Assembly (NCBI RefSeq): GCF_016432865.1
Contig: NC_067398.1
Span: 557,752,001-557,816,000 of the forward strand
DNA from: Antechinus flavipes
Lineage: Eukaryota
Length of the DNA stretch: 64,000 nucleotides
Reading direction: 5' to 3'
Shown here: one piece after another, positions 1 through 11,083 of the stretch
Position numbering within the stretch: position 1 is the first letter of the stretch
Layout of the letters: the number at the start of each line of letters is the position of its first letter
Translations under genes and position numbers: made by a program
The notes under the pieces: model-generated
The model's database searches: none
Seen by the model: only the letters and a program-made list of their open reading frames with translations
What the model was told of the DNA's origin: nothing

Positions 1-1129
1 TGTTTTTATTTTCTCTTCTCCAGATTTGTAGTCCATTTCCCATTTTTCATGATCTTTGTTATTACTGATAGTGGATGAGGAATCACATCTAGGCTGCCTA
101 CTTTATCTATCTCTAACCCCAACTATGGCAACTGGAAAATGTAAAAGTTGCCACACTCACATCTGAGGAAAAACTCTTGGAAAAAGCAGGTGCCAGTGCA
201 AGTCTATGAGTCAACTCTCATTTCTCAACTCTACAAAGGAAAAATTGTGCACAACTCTAGTATTACCCAAGGTGGGACTAGTGTGGAAATAATAATTGCC
301 ATCAGTGGGTCTATTTGTATATAATTAGGGAAAAGAGACACATTCAGTGGAAGAAGATAACAGATCATATGAAAGTATATGAAAGTACTTTAAATGTAAG
401 AAATTATAATGATAATAATGAAGATGACAGAGAAGGTGAATGAAATAGAGATCAATCCTATTTCGAGAAAGACAAGGACAGAAAGAAAATAGCAACAACT
501 TCAGTAATTTGCAGTCCTAACAGAGTCAGAGTAATAATCCTAATATAAGCCAATAGGATCAATGTATAATGTGGATGAGAAAAATATTCTCTCAGCCTTA
601 ATTCCCTTATATAATCAAAGCAACACTGCCATAAACAACTTGCTATTGTATGTAGATGATGCTTTACCACCTGGTATCATTCTGCTTTAGTTACAAAACA
701 CAAGTTATCACCATCTCCTGACTTCTCACGAAGGCAGACAGCCCTTAGGGGAAATGGGAGACCGAACCAGACATTATTAGCAGGTTCTCTCTGGGCTGAA
801 GGATCTTATACTTCAACCAGAGTTCTCCCCCTATCTATGGCCTTCTACAAGTTTCATAATGAAGAACACGTTATTAGATATGACCAAGTTATCAGTTGCT
901 AATGCCAGGAAAAACAGACTGGCTGAGAAGTAGAATTTAGAAATTTGCTATGAAAGAAAAATCAGGATCATAGTTACAATAATATCATGATTGTCAAGGG
1001 AACAGACTTACTGACATAAATGAAACAGGGGTGGGGACAGAGGGAGAGGAATTCCCATAGCTCTGGATGACATAAGTGAATCAAAGGTGGGGAAAGAGGG
1101 AGAGAAACTCCCATAGCTGGGAATCTATA

Positions 1130-1245
1130 CAGTCAGTTATTAATTTTAGTTCTTTGTTTAAAAAAAAAAAGAAAATTCTATTTTGGTTTGGGGAAATAGT
1201 TGGCAAGTAACAATGATATTTTTAAAATAAGCATAAATAAAACAT
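1130..1245 (+). mobile_element. old L1 3' end fragment
   Basis: Marsupial L1 3'UTR-like tail (ttttggtttggggaaatagttggcaagtaacaatgatatt...aataaaa); boundaries approximate. Confidence 0.4.
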
Positions 1246-1854
1246 CTAAAGGAATTTACAAATGAACAAGGGATCTTTCAGAGTACCCATCAAAAATATT
1301 TCTTTTTTGGTGGAATGAGACAAATAGGGTCAAAGGGTTAAGAGATAACTCTCTGCAAATTTTTGCCTGGGGACCAGAATTTAAACTTCAGTTACTGGTA
1401 AAGATTGAATGATTTCAGGTTCAGGCAGGCTAGAATTAAAGGATGAAATATTTGACTATGCCAGATGGGAAACATTAGTATAGTTTGTGGGTGTGTCTTT
1501 AGTGGCCAGACTCTGTCTATCCACATAGATTGGTTGGTCATTTCACATCTGGTTTATTCCAGATCTATATGTCTGCCAAAGTACACAGAAGGGACTTAAC
1601 AAAAAAGAACTTTCCTACATTCTCTTTCTCCTTAAGCAGGTGCTTATTATAACCAAACCAATTTCAATTCTCTACAGATTCAAAGCTCTTTCCAAAAATT
1701 TTTCTTCTAAGAAAATTTTGGAAATTGAGGAAGCTTTTTGGATCAGAACATCAGAATGGCTCTGAGGGTTAGTCACTCTTTCTAATGACATATTTGTTTA
1801 CATAGATTAAAAAACAGAAGGAAGAATCTTTAATTTTTTTCCTTCACTATAAAT

Positions 1855-2042
1855 AATAGCTTCCATTTCTATAGCACTTGGGAAATTATTAGTGCATTTA
1901 TTATTATGCCTATTTTATAGACAAAGAAACTAAAATTCAGCTGACAGTCATATGGCAAATATGTAGGAAATATGTAGGATGTACATCTTGGATCTGGGTC
2001 TTCTCATTTCAAAACTAGTGGTTTTCCCAATATACCTGGTTG
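1855..2042 (-). mobile_element. MIR-type CORE SINE
   Basis: Antisense core cctattttatagacaaagaaact and antisense B-box region ggatctgggtcttct. Confidence 0.6.
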
Positions 2043-2334
2043 TCTTTCAATTTGAATGTTTTAAATTATCCAATCAATATTTAAGAGTACCTAGGTAGAT
2101 GGGGAAAAGGAGGAGAGTGGTTTAACCAATTCTACAAGAATAAAAAAGGCCTCTAAAGGAAAACTGTGAAGCTTCATGATCTTCTAGGTTACAGCCACTT
2201 TCTGAGTGATCACCTTGAGTTTCTGGAACAAGAAGTACTTGGGTTTAAGCTCTGTTAAAAGTACTGTTTAATTAGAAGTTTTATTCCTACATTACTTTTA
2301 TTTTTCAATCTCCTAGTCAAACAACATTTCACAT

Positions 2335-2530
2335 ATTCTATTTAATTCTGGGTATCCTATTTAGGAAAGAATATAGAATAAACTGCAGTAATTCTAAATC
2401 AGAGCAAACAAGATAGTGAAGAGACTAGAAATCATGTCAAGGTTGAATTAAAGAACTGGGAATATCTTGCCTGCAAAAGAGAAAAGTTGAGGGAGAGACA
2501 GCAAGATAGTTGTCTTCAAATATATGAAAG
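2335..2530 (+). mobile_element. L3/CR1 LINE 3' ORF2 fragment
   Basis: Decayed CR1 RT C-terminus: gttgaattaaagaactgggaatatcttgcctgcaaaagagaaaagttgagg...gtcttcaaatatatgaaag. Confidence 0.65.
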
Positions 2531-2704
2531 CAGTAAAGTGAAGAACTTCTCCCAAAACCTCCATTTAAAGAAAATCCGTAGATCAGATATTTATATCTCA
2601 TCTGGCTGCAATATTTTGGACTTTGGAATATTCTTTCTCCACTCCCCCAAACTTTGCCAGATAGGTTCTTTCCCCACCTTCTTCAATTTCTTTTTGTGTG
2701 TTGT

Positions 2705-2835
2705 CTTTCCCCTACCCTTAAATTTTAAGTAAACTCTAGAAGATCAAAGAGTCCTTTTTATCTTTGTACTCCTAGTGCTTAGCATAATGCCTGGAAAATA
2801 GTGGTCACTTAGTAAATGTTTATTGACTGACTTAA
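2705..2835 (+). mobile_element. L2 3' end
   Basis: cttagcataatgcctggaaaatagtggtcacttagtaaatgtttattgactga matches the L2 terminal motif. Confidence 0.7.
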
Positions 2836-3169
2836 TGATAAGACTTTTTCAGCTTGCCCCAAAGTACAGGAATCAACCAAAAATAATTTGTTTTTATAAA
2901 AATTTACTACATACATAACATTAGGTTAACCCTGAAGATAACATGTAGGCAAAAAAAAGCACTCCCTACTAAGATAATACAAAATAATGAAAAGATAGAG
3001 AAAAGCAAGAGATACAAGTAGTCTGGAAATATTTGAAAAAAAAAGAGCAGTTACAATTTAGAGACTTGGAAGAAGATACTGGGAAAAATGGATGACAATC
3101 ATGAAGAATGATTTTTGGATGAATAGAAGGAAAAATTCCCAACATTTAATATAATCTCAGAGCAAAATG

Positions 3170-3330
3170 GACTGCATGCAGAAGAAGGACTTTTTCACAT
3201 TAGAGGTCTTCAACTGGAAGCTGGATGACTATTTTTCAGAAATGTTATAGGAAAGATTATTGTTCAGGCACAAGTTAAAGTTAGATGACATCTGAAGTCT
3301 CTTTCCAAATCTTCAATTTTGTGATTCTAT
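3170..3330 (+). mobile_element. L3/MIR3 3' tail
   Basis: ttagatgacatctgaagtctctttccaaatcttcaattttgtgattctat matches the L3/MIR3 terminus. Confidence 0.55.
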
Positions 3331-4014
3331 AATGACTTTGAGGTTCAAAAATTAATATGAATCTAATTTTTGTTTATAGAGGGGAAAAAAGTTTAGATAT
3401 GCATTCTTTGGAGGAGAATATATTGTCTGCTTTCAATAGAGCCAGTGTCAATGAATACCTGTGTAATTATATATCCCCACTTCCAAAAAAAAATAGGAGA
3501 AATGTGCTATGATGCACAGTCCTGAATTTCTACCCAAAGGACTCAAAGAGCATGAGTCAGGAACAGCAGCTGAAAAAATTCCCAAAAAAAGGCTTTTGTC
3601 TTATGGAAATGGTACTCTGGCTGATACCCAGGTATCTAGAGCTGGTGTTGATACACATATATAAAACAAAGCTCTCAAACAAGTGGAAGACAATCTGATA
3701 AGCCTGGAAATGGCTGTGCCAATTCATCCAGCCTGAATGACATCCCTACTGGGACCCTTTCAACACATTTGATTTGAGCAAAAGCTACCCAAGGGGAAGA
3801 TTTTCCTGTGTACTCTGTCCTGCTTCATTGGCTCACAGAATTCAATGATTAAGGGGAGGAAGGGGAGGGTAAGCTAAACTTTTCTTTAAGGAAAGTGAAT
3901 GTCTTGTTGAACTCAAGAATGCTGAGAAGTTTGGTAAATCTCTGGTGGTTTTTTGAGAAGATATTAAATTATCTTTTGGAAAGCTGATGAAATTGAAATT
4001 TTAAACTTTCAATT

Positions 4015-4255
4015 AAATTAAATTATGTTAATTTTATTTTAATTTTCAACAAACAAGCATTTCTTTTCTCTCCCCCTTCTTATATAGAAAGAAAAGAAAA
4101 GAAATCCTTGTAACAATTATTCATAGTCAAGCAAATTCCTATGTCTCCTAGATCCAAAATTGTATGTCTCATTCTATATTCTGATGCCATTTCCTCTCTG
4201 TGGATAGCATAGATTAGTATAGTATAGAATAGTATAATGCTTCATCAGTGAAGCA
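4015..4255 (-). mobile_element. L1 3' end fragment (antisense)
   Basis: T-rich start then aaatccttgtaacaattattcatagtcaagcaaa..., antisense marsupial L1 3'UTR. Confidence 0.55.
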
Positions 4256-4274
4256 TTACTTAATAAGACCTTAA

Positions 4275-4440
4275 ACTGATAGATTTTGAGCCAGAAAGTC
4301 ATTTAGTTTGATCCCTATATTTTACAGCTGAGGACATTGAGACTTTAAGGTGTGAAATGGCATGTCCAAGGTCACACAAGTAGTTAAGTGGCAGAAACAG
4401 GTGAATCCAGGTCCTTTTATTCTAATCCAGTGCTTTCATT
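4275..4440 (-). mobile_element. MIR SINE
   Basis: atatttacagctgaggacattgag...atgtccaaggtcacacaagtagttaagtggcagaaac, antisense core. Confidence 0.7.
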
Positions 4441-5108
4441 AGGGTCCACTTCTACTTGAAAAGCAACTCGATAAAAAATGTTTTAATGTTTTTAAATGAA
4501 AAAAAAATAATACCAACAATAACCCAAACCCTATCACTCTTTACATTGATATATTCACAATAAGTTTTGGGGGGCTAAAGACTGAGTTTCTGTTAAAAGA
4601 GCCACTTCATTGTTATTAAGTTTCAGGTGTAAGGACCACAGTAAGATGCCAGGCAATATTTTTCAGACCTCTAAATTTCCTGTAAGCCTCATATGCCTAA
4701 CATCTGCAACCTCAGGTAAAGTTAGTCATCATTGGTAGTCAGCATTTAGTTCTTGACCAAACATAAGTCCCTTTCTTTGTCAATGAGGGGCCAGTATATA
4801 CAATATAAGATAATCCTGTGAATAGCAAGATAAAGACTTCCTCTCATTTAGGCTGCCCCTTATTTCCTGACCTGAGCAGTCTCAAAGTCAGTGTGTTCAA
4901 AGGTGGAAAATCAGATTCAATTATTTCTTCCTTCTTCTTCCTTCCCTCCTCTTCTTCTACCTATTATATTCCCAGCACAACAGTTCCAATCATAAGCCTG
5001 ATACCCACTCCTTATGTCCCCTTAAAGCAGCTGTTCTGGTCCTCATTTTAATATATACAAGAACATTTCATCAAGAATGTTCCTGTTCATGAAGATGTAG
5101 GACTAGAT

Positions 5109-5404
5109 CAGGGCTTTTTAAACTTTTTCCACTGGCGACCTCTTTTTTCCTGAGACATTTGTACACAAATCCAAGTATATAAAACAGGTACATAAATCAA
5201 ACATTTACTCATAATAAAGCATAATAAAATTTATTTTAAAACAATTCTTTGGTATACATATAAATTTACCATTTACCAAAAGATGAAAAGAATTAAAACT
5301 TAATGGAATATTTGATATCTTTTATTATTGCCAAATTTTTCACAACCTTCACATTCAGCTACATGACTCTATATGGGGTCACAACCCACATTTAAGAAAC
5401 TTTG
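5109..5404. mobile_element. hAT-family MITE with perfect 8-bp TSD
   Basis: Termini cagggctttttaaact / tttaagaaactttg are imperfect inverted repeats; gactagat flanks both sides (5101-5108, 5405-5412) and is centred on CTAG as expected for hAT targets. Confidence 0.85.
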
Positions 5405-5564
5405 GACTAGATGAACTCTTGAATCCCTTTCAAATCTAAGATTTGTGAACTCCTTTCAGTACTTTCTCCCACACCACCTTGGAAATTGAGCTGCTAACTT
5501 ATTGATAGAGCTTATACAGTTCCACATCTCATGCCCAAAGAGTTGGCATTAGAGTAATTTTCTA

Positions 5565-5723
5565 TTAACTCATTTGCCTCTTCAGTCCTTTTCCATCTGC
5601 CCAATGTTTCCTCGATGGTTTATTTTTCTGCTGCGCCAACACGAAGCACGTATCTTGGTCCGTTGCCATCACGTTCCCTAATTGCTTAACCGTATCCAAC
5701 ATACAGTAGGACAGCGATGCCAT
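5565..5723 (-). CDS. hypothetical 52-aa small ORF (MASLSYCML...KRQMS), unverified
   Basis: Second ATG of the 5565..5789 ORF is in strong Kozak context (agaATGg); candidate acceptor at 5795/5801; no homolog recognised. Confidence 0.12.
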   Translation of the reverse strand: MASLSYCMLDTVKQLGNVMATDQDTCFVLAQQKNKPSRKHWADGKGLKRQMS

Positions 5724-5800
5724 TCTACTAAAATCAGCAGGAAGAGGAGAGCTGTTACAGATGAAAGCAGGCCACCAATAAAACCTCATTAATACCTGCA
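5565..5800. other. CpG-dense unique block (putative constrained or hypomethylated element)
   Basis: 8 CpG between 5613 and 5716 in an otherwise CpG-poor window; no repeat family recognised. Confidence 0.55.
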
Positions 5801-7419
5801 GCTTTAGGGAGAGAACAAGAGATCACGCTTGAGTGGGAACCACACTACAAAATGTTAAGAAGAAAAAGACACAATGGAGGCAACCTCCTTTTTCCTACAA
5901 ATATTGTATTCTGGATTAATGTGAGAAAAAGTCAACCCTTCCCCCAAAAAAAGATTCCTGAAAGGGGGGAAAAAACTCTGAATTCAGTTCTTTTTTTTCC
6001 CCCCTTTCAAGATTTCTTCTGCAGCTGCAAACATGTTCATTTCAACATAATCTCTAATAGTGCAGAAGAAAGAGAGCCTTCAGGTGAAAGGTTACCTACA
6101 TTTATAATGTCAGGCACCGAGACTGGTGAGGTAAAAGGTAAATGGTAATTTTATCATTAGCGTGCCTGACCCTGTGGCCCCACCATATCTCATAGGAGAC
6201 GTTAAGAACGGCTCACCTGTCAAGATGCAAACACTTAAAGGTCAGTGCGCACAGAAATCTTGGAGAGCCTACAACTGAATTGCTGACACCTTTTATTATC
6301 ACTGGCTTAAATAAATGATTCAAGTGGCAAGACAAGGAAGAATTGGCTTAATGTCGAGATTTACATGAGGGATTCTTGGAGCATTAGTTTCTCAACTAAC
6401 ATAAAAATATTCTTACTTTGAAGATTCTGTTTGTGAGAAAGTGGATTGTTGTGAGAATTCAGATATTCCTAAATTCACAGACATTCCTTGACTGAAAATT
6501 TCTCCACTATTCCTAAAAAATCAGTATTTTAGATGAATGAGTAATATTTCTTCTGTGTTGCTGACCTCCCACACGACAGCTACCCTCTTATTCTAGGTCA
6601 TGAGACAAAAGTTGAATAAAGGAAGGAATAAAGGATAATGTATTCCCTCAAGTTTTAAAGATAAGAAGGACAAGGTGTCCAACACAATGTTAATTTGAGC
6701 TCTGTAAGAAGAAGAAGAAGTCTAATTGTCTTTCTTTTGCCACTAAAATCGTGGAGAGTGTATGTTGTTTCAAAAGTAATCATAATCTGAGTTATAACTA
6801 GGAATTGTTGCACCAGGGACTACCCTTACATGCTAGCACAAAGCCTTCCTATAGGCGAAAATTGAAAGAAACGCTTCCTCATTGTAAGGAAACAATGCTG
6901 AGATAATGATACAAGGATGCTGCAAGGGAAGCTACATTGCGAGAAGGGGTAGGGATAGAGAAAGGGAGCAGACCAGGGAAGGAGCCCAACACAGACCACC
7001 ATATGGAAGCTTCTATGTTCACTAATTCTTCCTACTAACTAGGTGCTAAAAATATGTTGTTTACGCATATCTGAAAGACTATTAATATTGCCAATAACCT
7101 CTAAATCCAGATCCCTCTAAATTAGGTACCCTGGGACAAAACGCTAGTGTCCCTACCCTAGTTAGGGCTCTAAGCATAACTTCTATATGTGAAAGTTAAT
7201 TCTTATGCTTGGGAAGCCTGAAATAAAGTAAATTATGTCAATAATAGATGTCAAAGTAGTAAAATGAAAAATTCAGGCAATCAGTGAATTGTTTTGACTA
7301 CATACAATGCAAAATAGCCAGATCTTTGTTTATATATGGTATATAAATAGACTCTGAGGGATTAAAGTAAAGTCTTCTTGTGAAAGTTCTATCATTAGTT
7401 ATGCTTTCACAGATCTACT

Positions 7420-7565
7420 ATGTACCTTCTAATAGAAAAGTGGTAAACTAAGAATTCAGAATGACATTCATTATTAGAGATAGTCAATACGGGGATTTGT
7501 TTGACTATGCATATGGAAATATGTGAAGTAAAATTTAATTCAAAAAAAAGAAAGAAAGAAAGAAA
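7420..7565 (+). mobile_element. L1 3' end fragment
   Basis: ggatttgtttgactatgcatat... followed by an A-rich (aaag)n tail. Confidence 0.55.
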
Positions 7566-7569
7566 TCAG

Positions 7570-7735
7570 TCCTATAGACATTTGTTTTGAAGTTCTCACT
7601 AGTGCCAGAATCTGCTAAGTGCAGCACTGTACTAGGCATGACTGGGGATACAAAAGAAAATTGAAGACAGAAGCCTTGTCACAAAGAAATTATATTCTAA
7701 TTGAGGAAGAAAAAATATACACAAATAGAGCTGTT
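7570..7735 (-). mobile_element. L2 3' end (antisense)
   Basis: gcactgtactaggcatgactggggatacaaaag...cacaaagaaattatattcta. Confidence 0.6.
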
Positions 7736-8659
7736 TGAGAACAGTTATGACACATCTTCAACATGAAAGGAGAAATGCAGAAACTACTAATACAGAATGA
7801 TTTGGAGGACATAGAGTTAATGAACAACCAGAGCAAGGGAGGAATTAGAAGAGAAAAATTTTTTTCCTAGAAAAAAATTTGTCAGATCAAAGAAAATCTA
7901 TAAAACTGTTGTGAAAACCTTAAGAAATACAGCATTAGAGTGGAGTTTGATAATATGTGTACAGTGTGAAGTTATGTAGGGTTTGCATGTCTAATGTGTG
8001 CCTTTAACTTCTGATCATCTAGAATCCAAAGACTATCTTCCTCTCCCTTCCTCTAACCCCTCCCAAAAAACTCCAACAACAAAAAGCTGTTTAAGTTTAA
8101 GTAAAGCCTGTGCAAAATACTGAAATAATCTGAACAGCTATACCATGGATCTGATCTGGTGAACAGGTGAAAAACAATCTGTGTCTACATTTCTTCTTTG
8201 ATAAATAGTCATAATAACTAACATCAACAAAATGAACAATTATAAAGAAGCTGGGATTAATTATTTAATATTTTAGTTATAGGCCCACTGTTTCAATTTA
8301 CAAGTTATATCAAAGCCTATTCCTTCCTTGGTGATATGAGAGAGACAGACTGAGAACAAACACATTCTGTAAGTACTTCCAATATGCAGAGAGAGAGAGA
8401 GAGAGAAAGCTTTTATTCTTTGCCCTACTCCATCTCCAACATGAGTCAGAACTTTTCTCTTTAAATTCTATTATTTTTCTTCATCTAAAGTAATTTGCTA
8501 AGAATTTTTCCTCCCCTTCTACCAACAATCACAGCTAAGGCAGTAAGATGATTTAAAGAACAATTCTGATCCTTATTCTCATTGTCAGATACAATGTAAA
8601 TATAATAGTTAGGGCCAGCATCAGAATTCACTGGGCCTATGAGCTCAACTCACAATTAC

Positions 8660-8950
8660 AGAGGTAACCAGTCTGTGATTCTCTTAGAAGAAACAAAATT
8701 CAGGGCACAGAATAAAAATGTGCATTTTGAAACATCACTAATGTGTTTGTTTTTCTTTAATCTACATTCTTGTCTTAAAGAAGAACTTATATTTGGGATA
8801 GAAGAATATAAAAATAGATATGCTTTTTAAATATATATACAAAAATTAATTGTTTTTTTCTAATACTTTCTTCTTTATTTATTGAAAGATTTGTGTTTAT
8901 TGATGATTAAGTTCATAATAAAAAATAAAAATAAAATTTAAAAAAGAAAC
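8660..8950 (+). mobile_element. L1 3' end fragment
   Basis: Marsupial L1 3'UTR-like text ending ttcataataaaaaataaaaataaaatt. Confidence 0.45.
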
Positions 8951-9844
8951 AAAAGCTTGATTTCTTCAAGTTACTAGTTCATAATCATTCTTTTACCATG
9001 TTCCTTCACAATACAATGCAGCCACCCTGGTTTTCATTAAGAAAAACTCAGAGGCATTCTAAATGACAAACACACAAAGGTGGGGGGCAGTCAGAAAGCA
9101 GGCAGCAGAGGGGCATAAGGGAATAATGTCAAGGAAGGATGGGGGAATTGAATATTTAAGTTTCAAAGACCAGATGAACACAGATAGGACTCATGCAGGG
9201 AAAACATTCTAAAGATAAATTCTGTAGATATGATTTTTTATGTAAGGTTATTAAAATTAGTTACTGAAAAAAGACATCAAGTTTTCTTACATTTTAATTT
9301 TTCACTTGAGAAACCAACTACAAGGGAAAGAAAATGCCAACTGTGAACTTTTCCACTTGGTTGCCCTGTAACTATTACCAAGGGAACTCTCAACCTTCCA
9401 AGAGAATCTGACTGCAAAATTCTACCTTCCTCAACATTGCTTTCCTATTTCATATCTCCCAGTCTCCCAAGCAGGGTCCTGACTGCCCAGCAATTGTAGA
9501 CACACAGAGTTGTGCTGTCACTTCCCCAGCAGTCTCCAAAGGCACATTGGAACAGCATCTTGCTTTCCTTTATAAGACTCGGGACAATTGGGCTTCACCA
9601 TCTCGTTGTTCAGTTACCAGACACAGAGAGCCATGGATAGCAGCAAGCTGGCAAGTATTGCTAGACAGGAATGAAACCAAAATCTGAGTATTCCAGCAAG
9701 GCTTAGGAGGTCAAGAAGATATGACGTCAGAGAAGAGAAATGAGTTAGTTGTCATTGACTCAACTGGAAGGTTTGGGTAATCATTTATGAACCATGCAAG
9801 AAAATGAATCAAGTCCAGCATCTAAGAGTAAAAGAAAAGAGTAT

Positions 9845-10075
9845 TTATATGACACTTAATATATGCCAGGCACTGTGCTAAGTATTTTACAAAAAATTGG
9901 GCCCCCACAAGAACAATGGAGAGTAAGAATTATCTTCATGTCTATTTTACAATTAAGGAAAACTATAGCAGGTAATAATGTAAATGACTTGTCCAGGGTC
10001 ACACAGTTGAGGCTAGGTTTGAATTTAGATCTTCCTGAGTCCAAGCTCAGCACTCCACCATACCAACTAGCTAAA
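9845..10075 (-). mobile_element. MIR SINE, near full length
   Basis: atgccaggcactgtgctaag (L2-type tail), gacttgtccagggtcacacag (core), tttgaatttagatcttcctgagtcc (B box), all antisense; explains ORFs 9856..10053 and 9863..10090. Confidence 0.8.
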
Positions 10076-10865
10076 TGTTACAACATTTAGAGAGATGGGG
10101 GATCTCGTAAAGATCTCTTTAACTCAGCATCCAGTGAATACTGATCCTAAGTGAGCTTAATTATCAATAGCTTTTAAGTTCTAGGTCCATAGGTTTTTCA
10201 GTTGCATCCATGGAACAAGGTCAAGGCCTGTGGGGTCACTGTGATTCTGATTATAGTAGAATGATTCTTAGGATGGCCTTATTCCTCATCACACTCCCTT
10301 CCCTGACCCCCAATCATTCACAAGATATCAGTGAATTTCTGGAAGCTCTATTACCTGCCTTGAAGTGTGTCTCCTGGGATTCTATAGAAAGTGATTTCCT
10401 GGATGAAGTTGGCAATTAGGGTGATATATCTAGACAACTGGCATTCTACCAGAAATATTTGTTACTGTGAGGGGCACTAACAGCCGTGTAAAGTAAATGA
10501 GTGTTCCATGGGCCCTCTCAAGGACTTCATGGGTTTGTTAACTGTGTAATTGACCATTGGAGACCAAAGAAATGAGAAGCCCAATTTGTAAATAGTACTT
10601 ACAAAGCTTGGGCTCTCCGAAAACACTGGGCAATAAATAACATTCCATTTCCCAAGGCTGTCTTAAAAGTGATAATTTCAAGCATTTTTTAATGTCAATA
10701 TGTACACTCTTCCTTCTCTATCTCTTTACATTACACATGAAAATAAGCTTATCTTCAAATATATTAGCAAGAATTAGGTAAGTCATTTAAAAATATAATT
10801 AGAAGATAATAGCAAAGGAACTATTGAATAGATCAAGTACTCTCAGGTACTAAATAAATCCTAGC

Positions 10866-10889
10866 TGTTGTTGTTGTTGTTGTTGTTGT
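10866..10889. repeat. (TGT)8 microsatellite
   Basis: Read directly. Confidence 0.9.
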
Positions 10890-10903
10890 ACATCATGCAT
10901 ACC

Positions 10904-11083
10904 AAGTCAGTGGTTGATGAACTCATTATTTTTCCACTGGGAATTTAAACACACTGTAGATATCTTTTAAAAAGAAAAAAAGTACCAGATCAGACTAAGT
11001 CAATGGTTGATGAACTTATTATTTTTCCACTAAGAATTTAAACACACTATAGATATCTTTTAAAAAGAAAAAAGTGCCAGATC
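10904..11083. repeat. two-copy tandem duplication, period 93 bp
   Basis: aagtcagtggttgatgaactcattatttttccactgggaatttaaacacactgtagatatcttttaaaaagaaaaaaagtaccagatc recurs at 10997 with a few substitutions. Confidence 0.9.

Noticed and set aside
6880-6898. cattgt-N6-acaatg inverted SOX motifs
   Set aside because: Orientation is opposite to the SOXE dimer arrangement and a 6-bp inverted repeat is common by chance
10904-11083. Direct repeats as a CRISPR-like array
   Set aside because: Only two long copies with no spacers, in a mammalian genome
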